NCBI GenBank assembly: GCA_036172245.1
Contig: JAYWIR010000023.1
Span: 806,001 to 870,000 of the forward strand
Direction of reading: 5' to 3'
DNA: 64,000 nucleotides
Source of the DNA: Raillietiella orientalis
Lineage: Eukaryota
This document shows, piece after piece, positions 26,937-40,400 of the stretch. The notes under the pieces were generated by a model, which saw nothing but the letters and a program-made list of their open reading frames with translations, ran no database searches and was not told the DNA's origin. A program made the translations under genes and the position numbers. Position 1 is the stretch's first letter, and each line of letters starts with the position of its first letter.

Positions 26937-29404
26937 CCCTGGTGATAAAATAATTCACCTAAGAAGGTTCTTCTAAGAGCCAACAGTTATAAAAATGAAA
27001 AGGGAGCTTCGAGGGTTACTTTAATAGCCCTACATTAAGCAAACATCAAAGATATGGCATACCTGGAAAAGCCTTCCATGCAGTATTTCTCCTCGCTAAT
27101 TATTCAAAACAGACCATAGGAAATGGTACAAGAAGCTGTTATGGCTCCCTAAGACAGTACAGGAAATAACGATCCTCTGCGAATTGTCATGTGCCTCCAG
27201 CTGAATCTTAATCGTCTGATTCTAGTTCAGATGGTGGTTCGAGACGACCACTCATTGAATTACGTCTCTGTTTGAAAAAAATTCGCAGGAATTGAATGTT
27301 TCATTGAGCTCTTGTGATCGCTACCATGGTATCACTTGGAGATCGTTGCATTAACAGTTTGTTCAGCACTGGGTCAAGTTGATGCATTCTGACTTGCAAC
27401 GCTGCGTATCCACGATGATTGCTCCTGCCTTACAAGTCAGAACGTATCACACCATAATGTACATAACAGGATTCGGTCCCGATGTACTGTGCGGCAGTTT
27501 ACGCATGCTTGTACGTGTCCGCTTTCATGACGGTAGGTTTCTCCGGTGCAATCCCGTTCAGGTTCCATCTCATAGCGAAAACTCCTAAAAACCATCTAAT
27601 AAGCCTTCCCGAAACTCTACCGGTCTTCTGATAGACTGTGAAAGTATGTTTTTGAAGGATTTTCTTCCAGAAGAGTGAACGGTCGAATTAATTTTTCTGA
27701 TACATTTGTTAAGGGGCTATTTTCGACTCTTAGGTATTCCCTCAGCATGCAACAGCCAATCGTTGAAGTCTGCCTGTAGAAAAAACAGCAGAGGATTCTC
27801 TGTACAGAAATGTTTTCATCGCTATCAAACAGTGACTGCTTTCGGCATTATGGAGGTCGGATGTGATTCTCAGCGCTGGTCAGTTCCCGGGACAAACTGA
27901 ATGATTTGAAACTTGATTTCGAGCTCTTTGTTTCCATGGGATGTGCCGGGGAGCACACGCTGCTGCTGATCCTGAAAAATCGGCAAATCCTTTAGAGTGT
28001 CCTCATGGTATATTCGTTCTTGGGATTGCTCGCTTATATTTCTTTGAGTTGGACGTCGAATGCGCCTGCTTTCTTCGTCACTGATGATTTCGGAAATTCT
28101 TGCTTCCATATGGCATTGGAGTTGTTGCCGACTGATATCACAGGATGCCCACGCGAGGAAAGTCGAAATGTGGTCCCTGGATCCTTTAGGAAAAGGAGAA
28201 GGAAGCCAAAAAAAACAAGGGGTCCAGCAAGCTGAAGGATCGAAGCAATGTAAACCTGACTCATTATGATCAAATACTAATAATGTTCATCACCGCGCAC
28301 AATCGGATGGTCGCAGGCACACAAAAACAGATATACCAATCAGCGTGTCTTATAGCTGCCGCTTTTTCTTTCTACAGCACTTCTTCATTTTCTTATTCCT
28401 TCACTCTTTGTGATTTATCCAGAGAAATCTTGCTTATTTTCCCTTGCATTCTCCTCCCAACCAGGTTAGTTTGCATGCTTGTTTATCGACATTCTCTGGA
28501 GCTTCGATCATGGTTTCGGAAAAGACTTACTTTGATTAACAGTAGAAGGAAGCAGGAAGTGGCTTGAAAAACAAATTGGATAAAGTATTTTCCTCCTTCT
28601 CGTTGATCAATTTCTCTTTTGCATCTGTGTCTGCAGCGGCTTTGTTTTCAGAGAACTATCGTTATCTGCAAAGGCTATCTGTATACGATCGCTTACAGTC
28701 TTTTTAAAAGGGCATACGTCCTTCTTGCGTTTCTCTTTCCCAGATTAGCATCCTTATGAGACGTGAAACCAGTGGGGATGGCCTCTGAAATTCAACTCTC
28801 AGAGCAGACGTAACGACGCATCCCTATTTTTCCTCTCCAGAAATACCAATTTCTTTGTTAAGAATGTCCCTTGTTCGGGAAGTCACAAACCACTTGTTCC
28901 AGAGAATGGAATGCTACAGAGCACAGTTAGCATCACGAAAAATCACTCGGAGAGTGCTGTTGCTTCTTATTTTCAGTTTCCGCAAATGTCGAAAACCTCC
29001 GTTTCAGCCATTTCGGTGCTTCAAAATCGGAACCCGAACCAGCGCTTCTGTGGATGAAGATGAGAATTCTTCTTTCACAGTGAAATGCATGAGAATTTTT
29101 TGGACTCCTTCTTGCTAGTAACAGTGTTACATAAGCAGGAAAGCAGGAACGGATTTCAAGAATTCTTGAGGAAAGTAGTTCCCAGATGTCATGTCTTTGT
29201 CCTACCAATCTTACTATACAACCAATAAAACGCAGTGACCTTTCGTTTAAAAACCATGCTTGCCTCAGGAAAGATCATAGAAAACTAAGAAATGCTACTA
29301 AGAGTAGTGATTTATTTTAGCAAGTAAATAAGGGAAGGGACTAATTTTTTTATATAAAGCCAGTAGCGACCCACGAGGAGATCGTTACTATTGGCCTGGG
29401 ATGA

Positions 29405-29870
29405 TGGAAATTCTTTTGGGTTCCTTTTGCCTTCCAGCATATTTTTTTCACGTTTTTCAGGTTTTCTTTTTTTTTTTGGTTCGCTAAGTACCTCGCGGCG
29501 CACGTGGCTCTTTAACACTGTTCCACACCACCCACGGAGGGTGCGTGTTATTCTTCAAGATAGGGGGCACCTCGGAAGGGGAGGTCCGCCCTATAAATCA
29601 AGGAAGGCTCGGAGTCCGTTCCTCTGACGCTTGGGGAGGGGGGATCGCACCTCCTACCCTGGTTCTCTCCGAAGGGGAACCCAGAAGAGAATCTCCTTCC
29701 TCATTCTCTCCGGAGGGACACCACCAGGAAGGGGGGGGTCATCTCCATTCCATCTTCTCCGAAGGCAACCCGGAAAGGATCGCTAGTAGGAATTTCTTCT
29801 CCGGAGGGAACCCGCAAGGGAACCGCTCCTCTTCACTTCTCTGAAGCGAACCCCGAAGGGACGCTTCCGA
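29405..29870. repeat. dispersed repeat family R1 with about five internal 40-50 bp subunits
   Basis: T-tract + ggttcgctaagtac + gagggtgcgtgt, then repeated ttct(c)tccggagggaacccgcaagggaaccgctcctc-like units at 29660-29870. Confidence 0.85.
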
Positions 29871-30199
29871 AATTCAGACAAGTTCCCCGCTGACCGGCTT
29901 TTTGAAATCCCGACTGCAGAATCACTCCTCTTGCAAGTAATAGCAAGCAAGTAATAAATATTTTAGCCATTGCACGTTCTAGACAGCCAAACATTACATA
30001 AGCTACTGGAGGTTCACTTTCATAGCTCAGCTTTGGTTGTGCTTCTACGAAGCAGTAGTCGAGAATTCGATCTGATGCTGGACTACGACACTCTTGGAAA
30101 CCTTCGGCTTAGTTGAGAGAGTGACTCCTCACAGCCTCAACAGAATTTTCGAGTGGAAATCTCTGGAGCCTAATCGAGTCCGTCATGTGCCCTAGACGA

Positions 30200-31290
30200 T
30201 GCTTTCGTCAAAAGTTAGCACGCTAACGATAGTGACACCGAGTTGGTCTCTTGCCCACTGGTACATTTTAATCTGCAATATGCAAAAAGTCCTCAGAGTG
30301 TTTGCTTATGGCACTCTGAATTCTTTTCAGAGCGATTCGTCATCGCTAAGCTGCAATCACAGGAATTTCTGGAAAATGTACTGTCCTCAAAAGCGCAATT
30401 CTTCACTTTCATATTATTTTTTCTGGAGCAAAGCAAAATTCTTGGGGAATTCAATGTCCGATTGAAGAACGCATTCTGCCAGCACTGTCACAAATTTCTA
30501 CTGTCACAAGCGTTAACTAATTTCCACAAATACATATGGATATGTAGTATTACACCATCACACACGATTGTGGTTCTTCTTTTCAGAGCTCAAGAACAGG
30601 TACAGGTCATTTTTCGGTTAGGAAGTTGACGTTCCTTCTCAACCAAGAGCGATTTTTTGTCTCACTATGTAACAGAAGAATGTGACCAGCTCTTGTTTCT
30701 TCATAGTGTCGAACGAAACCCTGTTCTTACTTTGAGCAGCTCAGCGGACTAAAAAAATTAAAAGGCTCTGGAATGGTCTGAACAACCATAGCCAGGAAAA
30801 TTTGACCTTTTGGACTGAAGACCTAGTAGCATGTCATGCGTTGCATCGAAATTTCATTGAAAGCAACTGGAAGCACAATTCTTCATCCCGACCTGACATG
30901 GATGGTGTTACAGATGTGCAAAAGACTGAACAACTTAGATGATATAATTCTTAAATACAATGAATCGATATCATTTAGAGGATCAATCACTTTCGCAAAG
31001 AGAAAAAAAGATAGACCGTCAGGGATGCTACAAAGCTCAGGCATTCTTTCCACCTCCAGAAACTTCGGTCGGAAGTCGAAAATACAGGATCTCGAAGGAA
31101 TTGAATAGAAAGCGATCTGAATGAACGCAGAGAAATATTTTTACTTCTGTTCGATCCTTCGGGAGGATGCCGATTCAATCCTCTGGGATGTCGGCAGCCG
31201 ATGGGTATGATGTTCCGATGGAAATCTAACACTTTTGTAGATTGCCAGCACTAGATCCATGCACACGATGCGGAGAAAGCACCTCAGGAG
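30200..31290 (+). pseudogene. degraded PPR remnant
   Basis: LHPDLTWMVLQMCKRLNNLDD and RGSITFAKRKKDR resemble PD..TF..+L.AC..L..L+.G and CGS+..AR++FD. Confidence 0.45.
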
Positions 31291-34090
31291 CTAAGAGGAG
31301 TATTAATTTCTCCAAATGATGGGTTCCGTATGAAATCGGATGCAGCTAATTGGTCGGTCCATGTGAACGCTGGAATTCATTCTGTCCTTAGTAATGATTG
31401 GCTTTTCCCAGCATAGAATTCGTTGCCAAAATAATTTTTTTTCAAGGCTTTCCTTTCGGTCTTCTGAGGCCTGGGCCGCGCGGTGGTGGGGTAAGAGAAC
31501 GCGAAGACAAACAACACTGCTCAAAGAGTGTCCTCCGAAGATGAAATTAGAGCATCCCGGGGAAATTAAAGAATACATACAGTCTTTGTTGACCGAAAGT
31601 CTAGATACTGTACCAACATTGCTGCGCTGGATACAGATATTGTACCCAGGTACCTTTTCCTCTTTGCACCGCTTTCCGTGGAATAATTCCCCATTTCAAT
31701 TAGAAGGCACGAAAGGCGTAGAAATAGGTGAAAAGCTTCCATTGCCAAATGTGAGGACCGCGAAAAGGTCATGCAAAGCTTGAATAAATATAGCAAGCTC
31801 GCGTAACTGTAAACGACTTGGGCGGTCCTGATAGGAACGCGTGCACATGTTATCACGCTTCTTCTAATCACATTGCTTCAAAAGTCTGGGAGACGTTGGG
31901 GAAGGCTTCCCAACTGGTGGATGCGTCTCCCTACGGAAAGATTTTGCCTATGAATTTTATGTTTTCGACGAGGACATCCGAAGAGGTACTGAGTATCCAC
32001 ATTGTCTCCATGTGCATCATCACCCCCATTTCAGGTTTTTCTTGAGGTGGTGTACGTGCGGCTGCGAACATGGCCGCCATCTTTTTGCCACGAACAATTC
32101 AAATCAAACCAAGCTGTGAGGCAGCTGAACCAACCGCTCCCATGTCCCCGAGGATGAATTTTTAAGGTGCCGTTTGTGGGATGATGGAAGCGCTCCGAGG
32201 AATTTTCAGGAAATGAAAGAAGCAAAACGAATTTAAAAAAGGGCCCCTAGTTCAGCTAGATCTTCTTTCCTAATCTGCTATGTTTCATACCAAGATTTCC
32301 AGAATTGTACTCTTCCACTTAGTTCCCATTCAGCTCCATATACATATTACGTAGGCAAGCGTGTGTGTGTGCATCGTTAAGTCACACATATATATGCGGA
32401 TGCGTGCAAATGTGCTAATGAGTTACACACTATTCAAGAGACTAGACTTCCTAGGAAATCGACCAGAAAATCTTCCACTTGAGGATTCGGTCCGCATAGA
32501 CGGGATGAGATCATATTTGACTGTGGCAAGCCCAGCATCCTGTCTCAACGGATTAGTAATTCAATGAATGCATGAATGCTTGTAAATAGCCAATGTAATG
32601 CACCATTGGCCAAGCTTTGAGCGGCTGGTCCGTGCCCAAACTCTCTATCGATAAAACCTTCAGTCTTTCAGTAAAGTGCGAACAAGCGGAAGGAGGCGTT
32701 GAGGACGCACAAATGATGGAAACTAAAAGCGGACGTGACCGGAGATCGCAACATCTCGAGGAGATAGGCGCAGTTAGCATTTCCATCCCTGCACCAACAC
32801 TGATAAGACGAAATTAGCTTATCAAGTTTAAAGTGTGATCAAAATTTATCGAAACTCATCAGAAGAAGTGAGAAGGAAGAAGAAGAACAGAACGAAAAGT
32901 CGTTTCTATTTTCTACCATGATTCGTGAAATACTAAATAAATTTATTTCTGACAAAGATAAAGTATTTCCGCCACCACCACCACTTGCGAACTGAGATTC
33001 AAATTGCTAGAATGATAACGATCAAGTTCGTGATTTCCGCACAGAGCAAACTAAGGAGGATCATCAGCACCAATTTATAGAAGGAGCATTTGCACAAGGA
33101 GTTCCGGGGAAAAAAAGCAAACGAAAGCCGGTTTTCGAAAGGCAGCCGGAAAAGCCTCGTTGAAAGAGGCAGATATCACACGAAAACAGCCGATTCCTCG
33201 ATGCAGCAGCGAAGAGCGGGGGCCTTCCCCTCGCGGTCCTCCGGAGTGACTCTGCGCCGACGGCAGTTGGGAGTCAACGGGCCCGAAGGAAGGGCGTGTG
33301 CTGAGAAACCGCGGAAGCTATCACAGCAACCCAAAGAAGCGGAATTCACCCCCATCCCAACCCCCATCTCCGCGTAACGGGATCTCGAACTGAGGATCGC
33401 AGAGGTGAGAAGAACTCGGTCCAGTTCCGAAACCCTGAGGAACCGAATAGGTGCCAACAACCGATCGGTGATTATCCCCTTTCGCCACGTGAAAGCTACG
33501 CAAGCAAAAAGGCAAAGAGCAAGCAAAGAGGACGCGGTGGTGGTGGTTCACTGCAAGCGAGGGATGGCGGATTGCGCGCGCTTTCTTTTTCCCGGAGGAA
33601 GATATTCAACAACGTCGAGAAAACGGGAATGCTCTCCCCCCACAGTCGATCCCTGAAATATCTATCTGAACAGATCTGAATCCTCCGTGGCTGAGAAGAG
33701 CATCCACGTGACAGTCTCGTGTCTATTCGTTCTCTCCTTCTCACTGAACTGAAAGCTCCAGGAGAGAAGTAATGAATTCCTGATCCTGAAGAGCTACTAA
33801 TAACACGTTCTCGCTCTTCGATTATCACAGGGATGTATTATGCAGGGGTTCTGTTTCCGGATGAGGAGCTCGACTTTAAGTGTGGATGTGTCGGGTCATG
33901 AAGCAGCCATAATTAATTACTGAATAATTATCGGGTGTAATGAAATCTAAAGGAAGAGGATGGTGGTTTTGCATTATTCGGAAAATGTCGTTCTCAGCTT
34001 TCAGGAAGATTTTTTTAAAGGAGATTACTGAATCTCCAGACTGCACAAACAGTGCCTGAAAGGAAGATATGCAAGGCCAAGTGCAAATGA

Positions 34091-34700
34091 TTACATGATG
34101 GTGTGACGAAGACTATCTGAAGGAATCAGGAGGTGAGGTGTGCAGTGACTACTAAGATTCGGGGAGCAGCACCGCGGATGTGTAGGTTCTTTTAGAAGTT
34201 TCCCACTATTCCCGATCTCTGTGGATTCATGAACTATCTGATGCCAAAATCGATGTAACCGTCTAAAGCTTAACATTAATTCAGTCATCGTCTCGGTAGC
34301 CATTATCCCCGCTCCAGAAGACCGCATGGAATGAAAATGCGGTGAGGAGTAGAAGGAAAAGGCGTTTCCCGTGAGTGGAAGGGAATCGGAACTGAAGGAA
34401 GCGCAAGTGCATGAATTTGAGTTCTGATCCACTTGGAACAACTGGATGATGATTTAAAAGGAACCTTCATCAAGGACACGTGTTGTCTGTGTCAACAGGA
34501 ATGTGCTCCGCCTCTCGTACCAAATATCTCCCATGGAAACCCAAAGTACTTCGTGCATTCTTCCGAGCTGAACACATCCAGTAGGTCAGCACGAATTGAA
34601 GAATGACTTGGAAAGCTGGTAGTTCCCCAAGTACGTCCCTGATGATTAAGCCCTATTCTTTTTTCCTTTCCGCTTATTGAGAGAACGACAAAACTTCCAA
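34091..34700 (-). pseudogene. degraded PPR remnant
   Basis: RADLLDVFSSEEC..WEIF and FHSMRSSGAGIMATETMTELMLSFRRL..HQIVHESTEIGNS. Confidence 0.35.
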
Positions 34701-35696
34701 ATGGATGGTGAATCGAGGATTCGAAAACCAAAGGAAAACCTGCAGAATGCACCCGACACCACAGTGTCGCAAAATAGGAAGCGACATCTGACTGGACCGG
34801 TGTAACTTCTCGGACGGAATTATTCACGCTTCCTGAGAAGATGGTCTCTTTCGCAGCCACCTTCCTGAGAAGGAGAAGATCCTCAAGTTCCTGACAGCGC
34901 GAATGTCGGCAGCGAGCGGCTGGTGGAGTGAATACCGGAAGCTGCGCGGCCAGAGGTCTGCTGCAGTGCGGCCTGACTTCTGGCGGCGTCTTCCAAATAC
35001 ACGCATTGCTTTCCTTCTTCGTGGAAAGAAAAAATTCAAGAAACTCTTCGTCACTAACATTCTCGCGTTCCACACGAACTCTTCTGCTTCTCCTGAAGAA
35101 CGGGTTTCTGAACACAAATTAGCAGCTGCATAATCAAGAACTGTATAATCAACATCTAAGATGAAACACTAATATGATTCGTCTTGTTTGATGGAAGCAG
35201 TCAGTGTGCTCGAAGGCTGCGCGTCCAGCAGGACCTCAGGCACCCGATGCCCAACGGAAACGAGTCCAGAGAGTTTTTTAGCAGCTCACGTGAGCCGAAA
35301 TCAGTACGTTTTTCCAGGTGGGAGGAATGCCGGGAAAGAAGGTACCGCACTCTTGTGATCGAGCAACGGAGAGCAGTGAATTCACTGCTCTCACAGGATT
35401 TCCGACCGCTTTCCAGTTTCCTGAGGGGATACTGAGTCTCTTTTGCATCCTTCTGCTTCCTCGCACTGAAACCACCCTTTCTGCCTTTAGCAAAGCATCA
35501 TCACTGAAAGACTGATTCGAGAGCGGCTCTGCTTTCCGAGAAGCAGAAACAGTGAGAGATTCTGGCTTGTCCTAAATAGAAACTCTAGATGGGTGTTTTA
35601 GATTTTTGCGATGGATCTTCAGTGCTTCTGGAACCTCAATCGGTGAAAATAGCTGGGAAGGACGAAATGAGTTCCAGAATCGTCCACGATGAAGAT

Positions 35697-35827
35697 AGCG
35701 GCCGCGTGGCTGCGGTCTTCGAGCGTGGTACCAAGAGTTGCGGGTTCGAATCCCCACGTGGAGAATCGGTGCCGTGAAACGGGTGCTCCGTGGGTCGCAG
35801 GACAAGGAAATCAGGGAAACAAAAAAA
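35697..35827 (+). mobile_element. tRNA-derived SINE-like element (short copy)
   Basis: A-box-like TGGCTGCGGT (35707-35716), perfect B-box GGTTCGAATCC (35743-35753) inside a T-arm-like stem, and an A-rich end gggaaacaaaaaaa. Homologous to the heads at 45501-45569 and 62319-62388. Confidence 0.7.
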
Positions 35828-36214
35828 CTGGCCGTCTCTGGAACACCGCTGTTTGATCATTTGAGTTTCAAGAGATTCTCCAGGGGTTCTGTCCCTCCCA
35901 CCTCTCCACCACCCCACTCATACCGATGCCAGAGGCTTCTTTGAAGATACAGATGCGAGCGCGGTTGCTCACAGTCTATGTTCGAGTGCACCGTGAAATC
36001 ATTAAATTTCCATTGCGTATCCGAGGATCATAAAACCGATGATGCTAATTTTCCGTTCCGGAGGGAACGGAAACTGCGGGTGCCACTGCTCCTCGCAAAT
36101 AACGAGAAAGACGATTCGCATTCTTCTGTAGTCTCAGAGCAAATTCTACCGGCGATCCCCTTTGTAAAATTTGCCGGGTCGGCTGTCGAGTTTCAATAGC
36201 GGACAGCAGCTCGG

Positions 36215-36300
36215 CTTTTTCATGTGTCTGCTACTGTATCCTGAGAGAATCACAGAGCAACTTTTTTCATGTGTCTACTACTTTGTCGTGTGAGAATCAC
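36215..36300. repeat. degenerate tandem duplication, two ~40-bp units
   Basis: ctttttcatgtgtctgctactgtatcctgagagaatcac and cttttttcatgtgtctactactttgtcgtgtgagaatcac. Confidence 0.85.
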
Positions 36301-38569
36301 TGGATTACATCGAGAGAAATATTCTGAAGAGAAATAAAGAGCGCTGGAGGAATGAGGAAAACGGTAGGGATTGGCAGCTTCCAGGCTTCCTCGACCGTGC
36401 AGCTTCGCCAATAAAGAACCGCTTGTTACTGGACCCCAGCGCCACAAGCCGACAAGGCAAGTCCTCACACGGATGCGCTCAAATATGTTCCTTGTTGAGA
36501 TGAGTAGCCTCTCAGGGGTTCACCCCGAAGGTTCTCACTCCCGGTCTTTCTATCGGCACAGTAGTTTTTTTTCCCTTTCGCCGTTGGACCACGCCTGCTC
36601 CCTTAAATTCTCGGTATTCAGCGGATCGTTCTTCTGGACGCTCGAATATGCGGGTCTTCTAGCACCGAAAGCATAGACTGCGAGCAAGCGTTCTCTTCCT
36701 CATCTTCCCTTCAGAAGTTCTTCTAGAAGATTCGGATTGAATAAAGGATGAAATTATGTTTTCTCCAGCGCTTCCTGGGTCTGACCAGCTTTTCCGTCGT
36801 TAGCAAAGGTATCCATGCAAGAAAACTGTGTTGAGGTACAAAGATGACCAAGGGGTTCGTGGCATCCCTAGGCATACCAGCCGATGACCACGGCAATCTT
36901 ACTTCTTGTCTGATTTTCCCGTTGCGTGAGACGAAAGAGGCCAAGTTTTTTCGGTTGGCATCCCCCGTCTTCGAACCCGCAGCCTTTTCAGTCTTTTGGC
37001 CAGCGTGCCAAGCAGAACTCGCTTTAGCAGTATCGTTGCGAAAGAGTAAAAAGCACCGTCATCTTGTGGCGAGAATTGACGATGACACTAAAGACTTGCT
37101 CTGAAATCTAAATATCCAGTTAGGAAATGCTGGGAGGAGTCGAATGGAGTACTCAGTCTCATAGCATGGCTCAGGAGCGTAAGAAATCACATCAGGAGCT
37201 CCCTAATGAACGGCACCAGTTTTCCTTCGAGCACACGCACGTGCATCGGAAATCAAGAATTACCCTCCGGTGTGCCTTCTGCAACCTATGTAAACTTCGC
37301 TATGGCACCAAGTGCTGCCTCAACTTTGAGATCCTGCTTCCCTCCTTCCTATTTCGGAATTTTCCATTTTTTTTTTTTTTTTTGGTCCATTATTGAATCC
37401 TCGGGATTCTTCAACTAGAATCTGGCACGCATTTCTATGTTCCAGTTCTGTGAATCATCAAATCTCATCGCAGTGGCACACGGATGGAATATCCGAAACA
37501 AAGCTGCCGCCTATAGGAATGTATCGGTCTGTCGCGAAAGAAAAGTCAAGGAAAGAGATCCTGTCGTCACAAAGTCATGCTGACCATTACCAGAATCTCG
37601 ACATCTTCCATACTCAAAGCCTACCCATAAGTAGTATCATGATCAGCGCCATACTGAATTTCTGAGTTCGTCTAGCGATACATCTCAGTGTCTCCGATTC
37701 TGCATGATTACTACGAGATCAACAGAAAAAGTGGTGAGATAATAAACTGATCGCGACCACGGTGAATCTCGTGATGCGGTGGTCCTAAATGCGAACCTCG
37801 AAGCCAGGTAACCGTGTGAACGTTTTCCAGGATTTCTTATGGTCTCCGATCTCTCAGTTCACGAAACAACCAAAACATTCACACCGCATTCATTGGATTT
37901 CCTTACGTAGGAAGAAGAAGAATTTTATTTCGCACTCTGCAAGAAAGCATCTGAGTTATGGAATGAGTTGCCACCAACCCTATTCCGCCTCCCTCCCCAG
38001 TAATGGATTGGTGGGGGGGGGGGAGGATAGCTACATTTCAACATGGCAGATTCTCTTCCCTGAACCATGAAATGGGATACTTTCCTTCAGCGCGAGCCGT
38101 CTGTGGTTCTGCTGACCTCTGTTTCTCACGTCTAATGCTTGAAGACATTAGACCAGTGTTCATAAACGCGCCCTCGATAGTGCACGCTGAATCCTGCGAT
38201 TCTGTGTATCCTGCAGGGCTTCCTTTCGAAATCTTGGTTGGAGAGGTTAATGTCCCAACTAATTGGTCCTACATCTCTTTCGAATCAGATAAATACCGAA
38301 ACCACTGACTCTGCCACAACACCTGAAGAGTGTGATGAATGATGACCCGGTCATTGATTTGTATCTCTGTCGCCTGCATTCCTGTTCCCCATGGAGCTCG
38401 AAAAGACACCCACCACTGAGCTCGCTTGCATTCCGTCACACCTTTGAAAGCCGAACGGAACTTCCCTGGGAGCGTTCGATCCCAGGGAACACTTGAGGGA
38501 CACCCGAGCGGATGCATGCTCGGTTTAAGCGAACGTCGCGCTCACACGGACGTCGAGGGTACACGTCGT

Positions 38570-38890
38570 GTGCTCCATAACTCCAAATGAGAGAGGGGAA
38601 AGCAAAGAAGGGAGCGTTTTGTCTATGCATCGGCAACATTCCTATTCTTGCATGGTGAGGCAGCTGGCTGGTTTAGACGATGCATGCTGGTACGTGATGC
38701 TTGTGAAGTGTGCTATCAGGACACGTGTTCGAGAACAGCACGCAAACGGGGACGTCTCACAAAAAGGGAAACCAGAACAGCTTGGAAGCATGCGATGCTG
38801 GTTCGGAAGCTGGAACAAAGACGGGATAAGCGGGATTTTTTTTCCTGCCGACAACGCTTTCACCTTGGATCTTCCATTCACGTGAGAGCG
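38570..38890 (+). pseudogene. degraded PPR S2/E remnant
   Basis: QHSYSCMVRQLAGLDDACWYVM resembles EHYSCMVDLLGRAG.L+DA...+..M. Confidence 0.5.
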
Positions 38891-39499
38891 CGCCATGATG
38901 AAAGGAAGACTGCTTCGCCTCGGATGAAGAAGAATTCAAGGTTCCAAGATGAAGCAGCTCGGGAAAGTAGACCCGGATTTAGTATCTCGGTGCTTCTGAT
39001 ACGCTGAAGACGATGACAGGAAGAGACAGTCCGGCTCAAACTTCGAAGGCACACGAAGAGCAAACCGAAACCTGTCGAGCTGTCCAACCGAAAGGATGAG
39101 GAGCAAAAACGAATCGGGAGCCCGATCATCATCAGTCCAAGGAGCATAAAGGACGAACATGGCATCAAGGACAAAGGAAAGGGAACCGCAGATACCGCAC
39201 TCTATGGTGCAAGTCCAAGAGTGGACACGCTGGGAAAGTGGAGAGAGCGCCACTCGCCTTCCCTCCGGCTGATCCACGCGAGGGAAAGCACCCGCGTGTG
39301 TTCAACACGTTCTCCTGAGATTCGTCGAGTTTCGCCCACCTTGCCTCCCACCACGTCCGGTGCTACAAGGAGGCGGACTGCGATGCACCGGCAGAGCGCG
39401 TACCTCGGCAAAGGCGCCTAGCAGAGGAGGGGGAGTGTTCCCTTGGAAGCAGCATGACCGCCGACGGGGAGAGGATCGGAAGGGAAGGCAGTGAGGGAG

Positions 39500-40400
39500 G
39501 CGAAGATGGCGGTCACGTGCCGGATCGGAGGACGCATACCGAAGTAGGGCCCGCGGGTGCGTGGGGAGGTCCCGCGGGCAATCGCCGAAGACAATGGCTT
39601 CCATTCCAAAGTGAGCGCGCCCCAAGGAAAAAGGAGGGAATCGGACGCTGTCGCTCCCCTATTTTCGCCTTTCTCCAAATAAGGATGCGTCCCGCGTGCC
39701 TGTCCTCGAAATGCGATTCTGTGTGCAGATTCCAATACATCATTGGCTTGTATCCACGATGCCAATCAAGAGAGGAGAGGTTCCGACGTGTATCAGCATC
39801 CGGCGCGTCAACCGCGATCTGCCTCTTGAGTTGCCCCGTTCCCGGATTCGCGGCCGGCGATGCTGGAAGGAGCAGCGCGAATCAGCATCCTTGCGCGCGA
39901 TCCGCATTCGGCCCGGAGCCGCCGGTTTTCGTCTAGGGAACTCGAGAGATCCGCTTCGATGCGAACCACGCAGGAACCAGCTCTACCCCGGGGGTCTACC
40001 CCCGAGGTGCGGCCTGACCCCACAGGGAGAGGAGGAGCAGACCGGCAGCCCAGGAACCGACTCGCCCCTCCCGCGAGCCTGTCGCGCCGCGATGCGAGAG
40101 CCCCATGAGTGTGCGGACTCCGGAAAGGTTTCTCCCTTCCCTTCCATCCATACCCTCGCCTTCCGAGACGCGCCTCGGCCACTCCCCTTCCACCGCAAGG
40201 TCCACTCTCCGCCAAACCGCCGCCGCGCCCTCTCCAAGATGGAACCAAAGTACTCACAGTACGTTTCCTTGCTGAGCTTCGACGCTCTCTGCTCTTCCAG
40301 CTTCGAGTTCTTCTTACCCATTACACATAGCACAGCAGACACGCCAGCGACCGGTTGCCGTAGCAATGGCGAGCGTACTCCACATGGAAGAGTTGCCGCA
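39500..40400 (-). mobile_element. possible gag/aspartic-protease remnant in a GC-rich block
   Basis: Minus strand MLIHVGTSPLLIGIVDTS (about 39745-39800) with frameshifted ANDVL resembles a D-T-G-A protease motif; KLSKETYCEYFGSILERA is weakly gag-like. Speculative. Confidence 0.2.

Noticed and set aside
35697..35770. Functional tRNA genes here and at 45501-45569 and 62319-62388
   Set aside because: Only A/B boxes and a T-arm are present. I cannot fold an acceptor stem, D-arm or anticodon arm, and the copies differ by indels.
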